64,000 bases of DNA from an uncultured Dehalococcoidia bacterium (GTDB taxonomy: Bacteria > Chloroflexota > Dehalococcoidia > Bin125). The position numbers and the translations under genes are program-made. The notes under the pieces were generated by a model. The model had not been told where the DNA came from, did not search any database, and saw only the letters and a list, made by a program, of their open reading frames with translations. Shown here piece by piece: positions 29,905 through 38,900 of this stretch. The stretch is taken from positions 580,923 through 644,922 of the forward strand of contig CATQGW010000001.1 of NCBI GenBank assembly GCA_958295515.1, written 5' to 3'. The first letter of the stretch is position 1. Each line of letters starts with the position of its first letter.

Positions 29905-31008
29905 ATGAGCGTCCGCGTCTACATCCCCACCCCCTTCCGCAAGATCACCGGCGACCGCACCTTCGTCGAGGCCGACGGCAGCGACGTCAACGGCGTCCTG
30001 CGCGATCTCGAACAGCGCTTCCCCGGCTTCGGCGAAATGGTCTTCAACGGCGAACAAGAGCTGCTGGAGCACGTCAACGTCTACCTCAACAGCCAGGAAA
30101 TTCGGGCGCTGCAGGGCGCGAGCACGTTGGTCAGCGACGGCGACGAGGTGGCCGTGATCCCCGCCCTCGCCGGCGGCGCGGCCATGACCCCCGAGATGGT
30201 CGAGCGCTACTCCCGCCACCTGATCATGGACCAGGTCGGGCCGGTCGGACAGCGCAAGCTGATCGACGGCAAAGTGCTCGCCGTCGGCGCGGGCGGCCTC
30301 GGCTCGCCTGTGCTCGTCTACCTCGCCGCCGCCGGCGTCGGCACCATCGGCATCGTCGATTTCGATGTCGTCGACCGCTCCAACCTCCAGCGCCAGATCA
30401 TCCACGGCAGCAGCGACCTCGGCCGCCCCAAGGTCGAGTCGGCGCGAGACCGCATCGCCGACATGAACCCCAATGTCGTCGTGCAAACCCACACCCAGCC
30501 GCTGACCTCCGAAAATGCGATGGAGATCATCCCCCAATACGACGTGATCATCAACGGCGCCGACAACTTCGCCACCCGCTACCTGGTCAACGACGCCGCC
30601 TTCCTCTCCGAAAAAATCCTCGTCGATGGCAGCATCTTCCTCTTCGAAGGGCAGGTCACGACATTCTTCCCCGGCCAGGGCTGCTACCGCTGCCTCTACC
30701 CCAGCCCGCCGCCGCCCGGCATGGTGCCCTCCTGCGCCGAGGCCGGCGTGCTCGGCGTGCTGCCCGGCACGATCGGCGCGATCCAGGCGACCGAAGCGAT
30801 CAAGGTGCTGCTCGAACAGGGCGATCCGCTCAAAAACCGCCTGCTGCTCTACGACGCCCTGGCGATGGACTTCCGCACGGTCAAAATCCGCCGCGATCCG
30901 GCCTGCCCGCTCTGCGGCGACGCCCCCAGCGTGACCGAGCTGATCGACTACGAAGAGTTCTGCGGCTCCCCCTTCCACGAGGGACCCGTCGCCGCCGCCG
31001 GCGGCTAA
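29905..31008 (+). CDS. MoaD/ThiS ubiquitin-like domain fused to a MoeB/ThiF E1-like adenylyltransferase
   Basis: Ubl domain ending PALAGG read in frame into RYSRH, GAGGLG, SNLQRQ, CYRC, SCAEAG, CPLC. Confidence 0.88.
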   Translation: MSVRVYIPTPFRKITGDRTFVEADGSDVNGVLRDLEQRFPGFGEMVFNGEQELLEHVNVYLNSQEIRALQGASTLVSDGDEVAVIPALAGGAAMTPEMVERYSRHLIMDQVGPVGQRKLIDGKVLAVGAGGLGSPVLVYLAAAGVGTIGIVDFDVVDRSNLQRQIIHGSSDLGRPKVESARDRIADMNPNVVVQTHTQPLTSENAMEIIPQYDVIINGADNFATRYLVNDAAFLSEKILVDGSIFLFEGQVTTFFPGQGCYRCLYPSPPPPGMVPSCAEAGVLGVLPGTIGAIQATEAIKVLLEQGDPLKNRLLLYDALAMDFRTVKIRRDPACPLCGDAPSVTELIDYEEFCGSPFHEGPVAAAGG

Positions 31009-31032
31009 CAGCACAGCAGGAGGAAGCGCCGC

Positions 31033-31311
31033 ATGTCCGTTGAAGTCCGCGTCCCCTCGATGCTCCAGAAGTTCACCGACGGCCAAAAGTTGGTGCAGCT
31101 GGAATCGCACAATGTCGGCCAACTGCTCGACTCGCTCGAACGCTCCTACCCCGGCATCGGCGATCAGCTGATGGAGCAGGGCGAACTGCGGCGCTTCGTC
31201 AACATCTTCCTCAACGACGAAGACATTCGCTTCCTCGACGGGCTGGACACCGCGCTCAACGACGGCGATGTGCTGGCGATCCTGCCGGCCCTGGCGGGCG
31301 GCGATCGATGA
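31033..31311 (+). CDS. cysO: Sulfur-carrier protein (CysO/MoaD family)
   Basis: RRFVNIFLNDEDIRFL...PALAGG-DR; directly upstream of cysM. Confidence 0.8.
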   Translation: MSVEVRVPSMLQKFTDGQKLVQLESHNVGQLLDSLERSYPGIGDQLMEQGELRRFVNIFLNDEDIRFLDGLDTALNDGDVLAILPALAGGDR

Positions 31312-32273
31312 CCACCGCCATCGCCGCTCCCGTCCGCTACCACTCGCTGCTCGAGACCATCGGCGACACCCCGCTGGTGCGCCTCAACCGACTCTCGCCC
31401 AATCCCGATGTGACCATCTGGGTCAAGCTCGAAGGCCAAAACCCGACCGGCTCGGTCAAGGACCGCATCGCCCGCTCGATGCTCGACGCCGCCCACGCCG
31501 ACGGCTCCCTCCAGCCCGGCCAGACGATCCTCGAGCCGACCAGCGGCAACACCGGCCTCGCGATCGCGATGATCGGACGGCTCAGCGGCCACCCCGTGCG
31601 CTGCGTGATGCCCGAAAGCGTCAGCGTCGAACGGCGCGACCTGCTCACCTTCTTCGGCGCAGAGGTGATCCTCTCGCCCGGCGAACAGGGCAGCAACGGC
31701 GCAGTGCGGATGGCCAAGCAGCTCTACGCGGAAGACCCCAGCGTCTTCATGCCGATGCAGTACGAAAACGCCGCCAACCCCAACGCCCACTACGAGACCA
31801 CCGGCCCCGAAATCCTGCGCGACTGCCCCGAAATCACCCACTTCGTCGCCGGCCTGGGCACCGGCGGCACCCTGACCGGCGTCGGGCGCTACCTCAAAGA
31901 ACAGCGCCCCGAGGTCAAAATCGTCGCCGCCGCGCCCCACCCCGGCGACCTCGTGCAGGGGCTGCGCAGCCTCGACGAGGGCTACATCCCGCCCGTGCTC
32001 GACGAGTCCGTGCTCGACGGCCGCATCGTGATCGACAGCCGCACCTCCTTCGCCGTCACCAAATCCCTGCTCGAAGAAGAAGGCGTCTTCGCCGGCATCT
32101 CCTGCGGCGCAGCCGTGCGCGCCGCCCAGCGCATCGCCGAACGCGCCGAGCGCGGCCACGTCGTCGTGCTGCTCGCCGACGGCGGCTGGAAATACCTCTC
32201 CACCGGCCTCTGGGCGCGCGACTACGAAGACATCGCCGGCGACGAAACAATCGAAGGCAAAATCTGGTGGTAA
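31308..32273 (+). CDS. cysM: CysO-dependent cysteine synthase (mycobacterial CysM type)
   Basis: NPTGSVKDR, GLGTGGT, ADGGWKYLSTG, C-terminal GKIWW. Confidence 0.85.
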   Translation: MTTAIAAPVRYHSLLETIGDTPLVRLNRLSPNPDVTIWVKLEGQNPTGSVKDRIARSMLDAAHADGSLQPGQTILEPTSGNTGLAIAMIGRLSGHPVRCVMPESVSVERRDLLTFFGAEVILSPGEQGSNGAVRMAKQLYAEDPSVFMPMQYENAANPNAHYETTGPEILRDCPEITHFVAGLGTGGTLTGVGRYLKEQRPEVKIVAAAPHPGDLVQGLRSLDEGYIPPVLDESVLDGRIVIDSRTSFAVTKSLLEEEGVFAGISCGAAVRAAQRIAERAERGHVVVLLADGGWKYLSTGLWARDYEDIAGDETIEGKIWW

Positions 32274-32315
32274 CCCCCGCCAAACCACGCACACAGTCCG
32301 CGAAAGGACGAAACA

Positions 32316-33161
32316 ATGGCCGAATACGCACAGCCCGACAAGCTGGTCAGCACCGATTGGGTCGCCGAACACCTCGATGATCCCAACGTCTGCCTCATCG
32401 AGGTGGATGTCGACACCGGCGCCTACGACGAAGGCCACCCGCCCGGCGCGACCGCCTGGAACTGGACCAGCCAGCTGCAGGACCAGGTGCAGCGCGATGT
32501 CGCCAGCCGCGAGACGATCGAAGCGCTGCTGCGCAGCGCTGGCGCGAACGACGACTCGCGCATCATCCTCTTCGGCGACAACAACAACTGGTTCGCCGCC
32601 TACGCGCTCTGGATGCTCGAGATGTACGGCGTCTCCAACACCGCGCTGATGAACGGCGGGCGCGTCAAGTGGCTCGCCGAAGAGCGCCCCACCACCACCG
32701 AGGTCCCGGAACCGCGCAGCGGTTCGATCAGCGTCGCCGAGCGCGACGAGTCGATCCGCGCCAAGCTGCCCGAGGTGCTCGCGCACGTTGAGGCCGGCGG
32801 CCAGCTGGTCGACGTGCGCTCGCCCGACGAGTTCAACGGCGTGATCATGGCCCCGCCCGGTCTGCCCGAGACCGCGCAGCGCAAAGGCCACGTGCCCGGC
32901 GCGTCCAACATCCCCTGGGGCACCGCCGTGGCCGCGGACGGCACCTACAAGTCCGCCGACGAGCTGCGCGAGCTCTACAGCGGCCAGGGCATCAGCGGCG
33001 ACCAGCCGGTGATCGCCTACTGCCGCATCGGCGAGCGCTCCTCGCACAGCTGGTTCGCCCTGCGCTACTTGCTGGGCATCGAAGAGGTCGCCAACTACGA
33101 CGGCTCCTGGACCGAATACGGCAGCGTCGTCGGCGTCCCGATCGCCAACCCCTCCGCCTGA
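32316..33161 (+). CDS. Two-domain sulfurtransferase (rhodanese, CysA/SseA-like)
   Basis: LVSTDWV, YCRIGERSS, NYDGSWTEYG. Confidence 0.93.
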   Translation: MAEYAQPDKLVSTDWVAEHLDDPNVCLIEVDVDTGAYDEGHPPGATAWNWTSQLQDQVQRDVASRETIEALLRSAGANDDSRIILFGDNNNWFAAYALWMLEMYGVSNTALMNGGRVKWLAEERPTTTEVPEPRSGSISVAERDESIRAKLPEVLAHVEAGGQLVDVRSPDEFNGVIMAPPGLPETAQRKGHVPGASNIPWGTAVAADGTYKSADELRELYSGQGISGDQPVIAYCRIGERSSHSWFALRYLLGIEEVANYDGSWTEYGSVVGVPIANPSA

Positions 33162-33164
33162 GCA

Positions 33165-33551
33165 ATGCCCGCCGACCCGGCCTGGCGTCGCACCGTCGCG
33201 CGCGCCGTCGCCGGCGGCGACGCCGCCGCGCTGCCGCTGCGCTTCAGCGCCGCGGTGCTGGCGCGCTACCTCCAGCGCTCCGACAACCGGATCTTGCGCA
33301 GCGACACCATCGGGCGGCTGATCCAGCCCGGCAAGCCCGTGATCGACTTCGGCATCGTCGCCGACGACCGCGAAATCCACCTCCGCTTCGCCGACCTCCT
33401 GCAGCTCGTCCCCGAAGCGGAGCGCGATCACTGGCTCGACCACCTGATCGCCCCCGACCTCAGCCGCACCCTGCTCAAAATGCAGCTCACGCCCGGCGCC
33501 TGCCACGACGACGGCGAGCTGCGCGACTGGCGTCCGGAGCCGACATGCTGA
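33165..33551 (+). CDS. Hypothetical protein
   Basis: 128 aa, host codon usage, coupled to neighbours; IDFGI, HWLDH and ACHDDG segments. Confidence 0.7.
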   Translation: MPADPAWRRTVARAVAGGDAAALPLRFSAAVLARYLQRSDNRILRSDTIGRLIQPGKPVIDFGIVADDREIHLRFADLLQLVPEAERDHWLDHLIAPDLSRTLLKMQLTPGACHDDGELRDWRPEPTC

Positions 33552-34150
33552 CGGAGTTTTCCTCGCTCCCGCAGCGCCGCTACGCGGTGATCTACGCCGA
33601 TCCGCCCTGGGACTACAAAGGGCAGCTGCAGCACGCCGGCCCCGGCAGCGGCGACAGCGGCGGCGCGGCGCGGCATTTTCCCACCGTGACCAGCCGCGAC
33701 CTCGCCCAACTGCCCGTACAGGAGATCGCCGCCGAAGACAGCCTGCTCTTCCTCTGGGCCACCTCCCCGCACCTCGATCAGGCCATCGAGCTCGGCAAAG
33801 CCTGGGGCTTCGCCTGGGCCACCGTCGCCTTCGTCTGGGACAAACAGCGCGTCAACCCCGGCCACTACACGCTCTCCCAATGCGAGCTCTGCCTCGTCTT
33901 CAAGCGCGGACGCATCCCCCAGCCGCGCGGACGGCGCGATGTCCGCCAGCTGCTCAGCGCCCCGCGCGGCCGCCACTCGGAAAAGCCCGAAGAAGTGCGC
34001 AACCGGATCGCGGCGATGTTCCCCGACCAGCCCAAAATCGAACTCTTCGCCCGTTCCCAAACCCCCGGCTGGGACAGCTGGGGCGAGGAAGTGCCCCACG
34101 GCGAAGCGCGCACATTCTGGTCGCGCAAAGAAACGGTGGCAGCCCAATGA
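33545..34150 (+). CDS. MT-A70 family N6-adenine methyltransferase
   Basis: IYADPPW, LFLWAT, FVWDK, HSEKP, IELFAR, GWDSWG. Confidence 0.9.
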   Translation: MLTEFSSLPQRRYAVIYADPPWDYKGQLQHAGPGSGDSGGAARHFPTVTSRDLAQLPVQEIAAEDSLLFLWATSPHLDQAIELGKAWGFAWATVAFVWDKQRVNPGHYTLSQCELCLVFKRGRIPQPRGRRDVRQLLSAPRGRHSEKPEEVRNRIAAMFPDQPKIELFARSQTPGWDSWGEEVPHGEARTFWSRKETVAAQ

Positions 34151-34665
34151 CGCTCACACTGCCGCGAGAACTGGTGGATGAGATGGTCGCGCACGCCCGC
34201 GACGACCTGCCCAACGAGTGCTGCGGCGTCATCGCGCGCGCCCAGGATGGCGCGCTGACGCTGTACCGCACGACCAACGGCGCAGCCTCCCCCTACCGCT
34301 TCGACATTCCCGCCCAGGAGCTGCTCCACCTCTTCCGCAGCATCGAAGACGGCGGCGGCGACTTCCTCGTCATCTACCACTCCCACGTGGCCAGCCCGGC
34401 CCGGCCGTCCCCGACGGATCTCCGCATGGCCGTGCTGCATCGCGGACCCAACCCCTGGCCCTATTGGGTGCTGGTCTCGCTCCAGCACGACGCGCCGTCC
34501 GTCCGCGCCTGGCGGATCGACGACGGCGATGAGATCGAGGGCGTCGCGCCGACCGAAATCGAGCTGACGATCAGCGACGAGTCGGCCCGGCGGGTGCAGC
34601 TGGAAACAGTCGAGCTGGAGATTGACGGACGGGTGCGCCCGCGCGTCCGCGAGCGCGAGCTCTGA
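34147..34665 (+). CDS. JAMM/MPN+ (M67, Mec-like) metalloprotease
   Basis: PNECCG and YHSHV...PSPTD JAMM motif; ATGA overlap. Confidence 0.88.
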   Translation: MTLTLPRELVDEMVAHARDDLPNECCGVIARAQDGALTLYRTTNGAASPYRFDIPAQELLHLFRSIEDGGGDFLVIYHSHVASPARPSPTDLRMAVLHRGPNPWPYWVLVSLQHDAPSVRAWRIDDGDEIEGVAPTEIELTISDESARRVQLETVELEIDGRVRPRVREREL

Positions 34666-34667
34666 GC

Positions 34668-35492
34668 GTGCCCGAACCCCTGACCATCGGCGGGCGCGAG
34701 TTTGTCTGGCGCGTGCGCACCTACATCGTCGGCATCCTCAACCTCTCGCCCGACTCCTTCGCCGGCGACGGCCTGAGCGATGTCGACGACGCCGTCGAGC
34801 GCGCCCTCGCCATGTGCCGCGCCGGCGCCGACCTGATCGATGTCGGCGGCGAATCCACCCGCCCCGGCTTTGAGCCGATCCCACTCGAAGTCGAGCTCGC
34901 CCGCGTCTGCCCCGTCATCGAAGCGCTGCTCGCCAACCGCGTCGCCGCCCCGCTGAGCATCGACACCACCAAGCCCGAAGTCGCCGAGGCCGCCCTCGCC
35001 GCCGGCGCGGCGGCGCTCAACGACATCCACGGGCTGCGCGGCGATCCCCGCCTCGCCGAGGTCGCCGCCCGCTACGGCGCGACCGTGATCGCCATGCACA
35101 ACCAGCGCGGACGCCCGCCCGCCGCCGATCCGGTCGCCGCCTTGCTCGACGGCTTCGCCGCCTCGCTCAACTGCGCCCGCGCCGCCGGCATCCCCGACCA
35201 GCGCCTCATCCTCGACCCCGGCTTCGGCTTTGGCTGGCCGCTGGAACAGAACTACGAAATCCTGCGCCGCCTGCCCGAATTGCGCGCCGCCGGCCGACCA
35301 TTGCAGGTCGGCCTCTCCCGCAAGCGCATGACTGGCCGACAGTTCGGCTGGTCCGCCCAGGAGCGTCTGGAAGGCACCGCCGCTGCAATCGCCATCGCCG
35401 CGGCCAACGGCGCGGACCTGGTCCGCGTCCACGATGTCTCCGAAATGAGCCGCGTCGTCAAACTCAGCGACGCCGTAACCCGCAATGCCTGA
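34668..35492 (+). CDS. folP: Dihydropteroate synthase
   Basis: GILNLSPDSF, DVGGESTRPG, DPGFGF, SRK, VRVHDV. Confidence 0.95.
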   Translation: MPEPLTIGGREFVWRVRTYIVGILNLSPDSFAGDGLSDVDDAVERALAMCRAGADLIDVGGESTRPGFEPIPLEVELARVCPVIEALLANRVAAPLSIDTTKPEVAEAALAAGAAALNDIHGLRGDPRLAEVAARYGATVIAMHNQRGRPPAADPVAALLDGFAASLNCARAAGIPDQRLILDPGFGFGWPLEQNYEILRRLPELRAAGRPLQVGLSRKRMTGRQFGWSAQERLEGTAAAIAIAAANGADLVRVHDVSEMSRVVKLSDAVTRNA

Positions 35493-35982
35493 TGTCTTTC
35501 TCGGCCTCGGCGCAAACCTCGGCGACCGCCGCGCAACCCTGCGCGCCGCCGTCGCCGAACTGCGCAGCCTGCTGAGCAACGTCCGCGTGTCCGCCCTCTA
35601 CGAAACCGCCCCCTGGGGCGACCAAGACCAACCCGCCTTCCTCAACGCCGCCCTGCGCGGAACCACCGAACTCCCTCCGCTCGACCTGCTCGACGCAACG
35701 CAAGACATCGAGCGCCGCCTCGGCCGCGTGCGCAGCGCGCGCCGTTGGGGACCCCGCGCCATCGACATCGACATCCTGCTCTACGGAACAGAAATCGTCT
35801 CCCACCCCCGCCTGACCATCCCCCACCGCCACCTCCGCGACCGCGGCTTCGTCCTCCGCCCCCTCGTCGACCTCGCCCCCGCCCGCACCATCCCGCCCGA
35901 CCACGCCCAAATCGCCGAGCTACTCACCATCATCAACGCCGACGACATCAAACAAATCGAACCCCCCACCTGGGCCGACTAA
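35485..35982 (+). CDS. folK: HPPK
   Basis: LGLGANLG, FLNAA, RWGPRAIDIDIL, IPH, RGFVL. Confidence 0.95.
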   Translation: MPDVFLGLGANLGDRRATLRAAVAELRSLLSNVRVSALYETAPWGDQDQPAFLNAALRGTTELPPLDLLDATQDIERRLGRVRSARRWGPRAIDIDILLYGTEIVSHPRLTIPHRHLRDRGFVLRPLVDLAPARTIPPDHAQIAELLTIINADDIKQIEPPTWAD

Positions 35983-35998
35983 ATCCTCTCGCACACTC

Positions 35999-36229
35999 CT
36001 ACACGTCGTCGATCGGCTCCACCGCGAACTCCAGACCGTCCAGCTCGTCCTGCGCCTCCAGCAGCGTCCAGCCGACCCAGAAGGCGAGGGCGGAGATCAC
36101 GATCACCAGCAGCGCCGCCGGGATCGCCACCGCCGCGTAGCTGCCGCGCGACAGGCCGCGCAGAAACAGCAGCAGCTCCAGCACCGCCGCGCCCATCAAC
36201 ACCGCGCCGGTCAGCCGCGTGCGATCCAT
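35999..36229 (-). CDS. Small two-TM membrane protein
   Basis: 76 aa, two hydrophobic helices and an acidic tail; TATGCT 7 nt upstream of the ATG. Confidence 0.65.
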   Translation of the reverse strand: MDRTRLTGAVLMGAAVLELLLFLRGLSRGSYAAVAIPAALLVIVISALAFWVGWTLLEAQDELDGLEFAVEPIDDV

Positions 36230-36276
36230 GCCCGCGAGCATATCCGCCCCTGCTCCGCGCTGATACGCTCCGCCAA

Positions 36277-36924
36277 GTGAGCGATGTTCTCCAACCTCAG
36301 CAGGCGCAGCCGGCGAGCCGCGAAACCCCCGCGGACCCGCTCGCACCGCGCACCCTCTACCTGCACCGTCGCGTGGTCGTGATTGCGCCTGAGCGGATCG
36401 AAATCCGGCCGCCGCGCTCCGCCGTGATCATGCCGGCGATCGGCGTCGCCGTCACCGCCGGACTGCTCGCGCTGGTCGGCACCTCGGTAGACAGCCTGCC
36501 GTTCTGGACCCTGCCCGTGATTCTGCTCGTCTCCGTGCTGCTACTGCCGCTTTCGGGCATGTCGCTGGTCTACGCGCTGCTGGGCGCGAGCATTGTCGCC
36601 AGCGGACCGGGCTCGAACGTCTCGCTGAAGCAGCGCTTTCTGGGACTCGGCATCGGCTCCAACGAGCTGATCCCTTTTTGGAAAATCCGCGAGCTGCGGA
36701 TTGAGGACGAAGGCCGCCCCGTTAGCCGCCCCGATGCAGAGCTTCCCTCTCAAGAGGTCGCCCAATGGGAGCTGATCCTCGTCAAAAAGAGCGGTACCCG
36801 CCACACCCTCGGCGGCCTCACCGTGCCCCGCGAGCGCGAAGAGGAAGGACTGGAGATCATCATGGAGGTCGCCGAAGCTTTTGCAGCGCTCAGCGCTGCT
36901 CCGATCCGAGGACCCATCTGGTGA
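36277..36924 (+). CDS. Hypothetical membrane protein (two TM plus soluble domain)
   Basis: 215 aa ORF, GTGA overlap with the next gene. Confidence 0.7.
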   Translation: MSDVLQPQQAQPASRETPADPLAPRTLYLHRRVVVIAPERIEIRPPRSAVIMPAIGVAVTAGLLALVGTSVDSLPFWTLPVILLVSVLLLPLSGMSLVYALLGASIVASGPGSNVSLKQRFLGLGIGSNELIPFWKIRELRIEDEGRPVSRPDAELPSQEVAQWELILVKKSGTRHTLGGLTVPREREEEGLEIIMEVAEAFAALSAAPIRGPIW

Positions 36925-37376
36925 GCACCCCCGACAACCCACACAACGACCAGATCTGGCAGGCCGAAATCGAGCGCGCCGTCGCCGCGGCCCTGCCGCG
37001 CATGCGCAACATCGCCGTGATCGGCCTCTCCCCGCGCCCCGAGCGCGACAGCCACCACGTTTCCGCCTACATCCAGCAGGCCGGCTGCCGCGTCTTCCCC
37101 GTCAACCCGCCCCATGCCGACGCCCGCATCCTCGGTGAGCGCGTCTACGCGCAGCTTGCGGACATCCCCGAACCGATCGACACCGTGGTCGTCTTCCGCC
37201 GCTCCGAGCAGACCGACGAGCCGATCGACGCCGCGATCGCCGCCGGCGCGGAGACCGTCTGGCTCCAGCTGGGCATCGTCAACCCCGACGGCCTGCGCCG
37301 CGCCCGCGCCGCCGGACTGCGCGCCGTCGAAGATCGCTGCCTGATGGTCGAGCACCGACGGCGCGCCGGGTCATAA
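36921..37376 (+). CDS. CoA-binding protein (YccU-like)
   Basis: IAVIGLS, PVNP, VFRRSE, VWLQLGI, DRC. Confidence 0.88.
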   Translation: MSTPDNPHNDQIWQAEIERAVAAALPRMRNIAVIGLSPRPERDSHHVSAYIQQAGCRVFPVNPPHADARILGERVYAQLADIPEPIDTVVVFRRSEQTDEPIDAAIAAGAETVWLQLGIVNPDGLRRARAAGLRAVEDRCLMVEHRRRAGS

Positions 37377-37410
37377 TGCAGATGGCTGACGTCGGTCTGG
37401 AGTAGGCTAG

Positions 37411-38898
37411 ATGCCCCAGCCGACGGACCACGGAGCGCTGGTGACGCCGATGCCTCCGTTCGCCGACTCCCCGCGCGAAGCCTGTGGTGTCTTCGGCGTC
37501 TGGTCCCCCGCCGTTGATGTCGCGCGTCTCACCTTCTACGGCATCTACGCGCTCCAGCACCGCGGCCAGGAGAGCGCCGGCATCTGCGCCACCGACGGCC
37601 AAACCCTCCAGCTCCGAGCCGACATGGGGCTGGTCTCCCAAGTCTTCACCGAAGACCAGCTTGAACCGCTCGACGGCATCGCCGCGATTGGCCACACCCG
37701 CTACTCGACCACCGGCTCCAGCCGCTTCCGCAACTCCCAGCCGATCCTGCTCAAGGACCCCGCCGACGGCCAACCCGTCGGCATCGCGCACAACGGCAAC
37801 GTGGTCAACGCCGCCGCCGTGCGCGCCCAGCTGACCGAAAGCGGGCACAGCTTCGCCACCTCGACCGACACCGAAATCCTCGGCCTCTACCTGCTCGATC
37901 AGGACGGCGGCTGGGAGTCGCGCTTCACCGCTCTGATGCACCGCATTGAGGCGGCCTACTCGATCGTCCTGCTCACCCCCGACCGTCTGATGGCCGCGCG
38001 CGACCCGCTCGGCGTCCGCCCGCTCTGCATCGGCTCGATCGACGGCGGCTACGTGATCGCCTCCGAAACCTGCGCGCTCGACCACATCGGCGCCGAGTAC
38101 GTCCGCGACGTACGGCCTGGCGAACTGGTCACGATCGACCAGCATGGCCTGCGCAGCTGCCAGGTCGTCGAGCCGCGCGACCCCGCCGGCTGCATCTTCG
38201 AGCACATCTACTTCGCGCGCCCCGACTCCTTCCTCGATGGACACCTCGCCTGGCAGTCGCGCGTGCGCATGGGCCAGCAGCTCGCCCGCGAGCATCCCGC
38301 CGACGCCGACCTCGTGATCGGCGTGCCCGACTCGGCCACCGCCCACGCCGTCGGCTACGCCAACGAATCGGGCATCCCCTACTCCGAGGGACTCGTCAAA
38401 AATCGCTACGTCGGCCGCACCTTCATCGAGCCCGACCAGCGCATCCGCGACCTCGGCGCGCATCTCAAATACAACCCGCTCAAATCCGTCCTCGCCGGAC
38501 GCCGCATTGTCGTCGTCGACGACACCATCGTGCGCGGCACCACCACCCCGCGGATCGTCAAGCTGCTGCGCCAGGCTGGCGCCGCCGAAGTGCATATGCG
38601 CATCTCCGCGCCGCCGATCCGACATGCCTGCTTCTTCGGCGTCGATATGGCCACCCGCGCCGAACTGATCGCCGCCCGCCACAGCGTCGAGGAGATTCGC
38701 CAACACATCGGCGCAGACTCGCTCGGCTACCTCAGCATCGATGGCCTGATCGAGGCCGCCGACCTCGGCAAACCCTCCTGCATGGCCTGCTTCACCGGCG
38801 ATTACCCCGTGCCCGTCCAGCTGGGGATGGACAAGCTCGCGCTCGAACGCAACGGCGCGGCCGATGTCCAGCCGATCCAGCTGGCCGCCCCGCGCTGA
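37411..38898 (+). CDS. purF: Amidophosphoribosyltransferase
   Basis: EACGVFG, LQHRGQESAG, GHTRYST, VDDTIVRGTT; true start may be a few codons downstream. Confidence 0.96.
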   Translation: MPQPTDHGALVTPMPPFADSPREACGVFGVWSPAVDVARLTFYGIYALQHRGQESAGICATDGQTLQLRADMGLVSQVFTEDQLEPLDGIAAIGHTRYSTTGSSRFRNSQPILLKDPADGQPVGIAHNGNVVNAAAVRAQLTESGHSFATSTDTEILGLYLLDQDGGWESRFTALMHRIEAAYSIVLLTPDRLMAARDPLGVRPLCIGSIDGGYVIASETCALDHIGAEYVRDVRPGELVTIDQHGLRSCQVVEPRDPAGCIFEHIYFARPDSFLDGHLAWQSRVRMGQQLAREHPADADLVIGVPDSATAHAVGYANESGIPYSEGLVKNRYVGRTFIEPDQRIRDLGAHLKYNPLKSVLAGRRIVVVDDTIVRGTTTPRIVKLLRQAGAAEVHMRISAPPIRHACFFGVDMATRAELIAARHSVEEIRQHIGADSLGYLSIDGLIEAADLGKPSCMACFTGDYPVPVQLGMDKLALERNGAADVQPIQLAAPR

Positions 38899-38900
38899 CG

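Noticed and set aside
30990-31008. C-terminal Gly-Gly on the E1 fusion (AAAGG) as a third conjugation site
   Set aside because: No beta-grasp domain precedes it, and Ala/Gly-rich tails also end unrelated proteins here (MFS, NuoI-like).
32293-32323. Hammerhead-like GTCC-loop-GGAC-GAAAC, with a similar GCC-CGAAA-GGC-GAAAC at 15413-15440
   Set aside because: No CTGANGA core upstream at either site; both directly precede ATGGCCGA and are best explained as AAAGG ribosome-binding sites.
31164-33506. Long antisense and alternate-frame ORFs (also 41709-43874, 40112-41953, 37279-38706, 48541-49968)
   Set aside because: Shadow ORFs of high-GC coding sequence overlapping well-supported genes, with no motifs of their own.
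29905-34665. CBASS/Bil-type ubiquitin-like anti-phage system (Ubl, E1, JAB)
   Set aside because: No E2, CD-NTase or effector; the cysK/cysM/rhodanese/Rrf2 context and host codon usage indicate sulfur metabolism.
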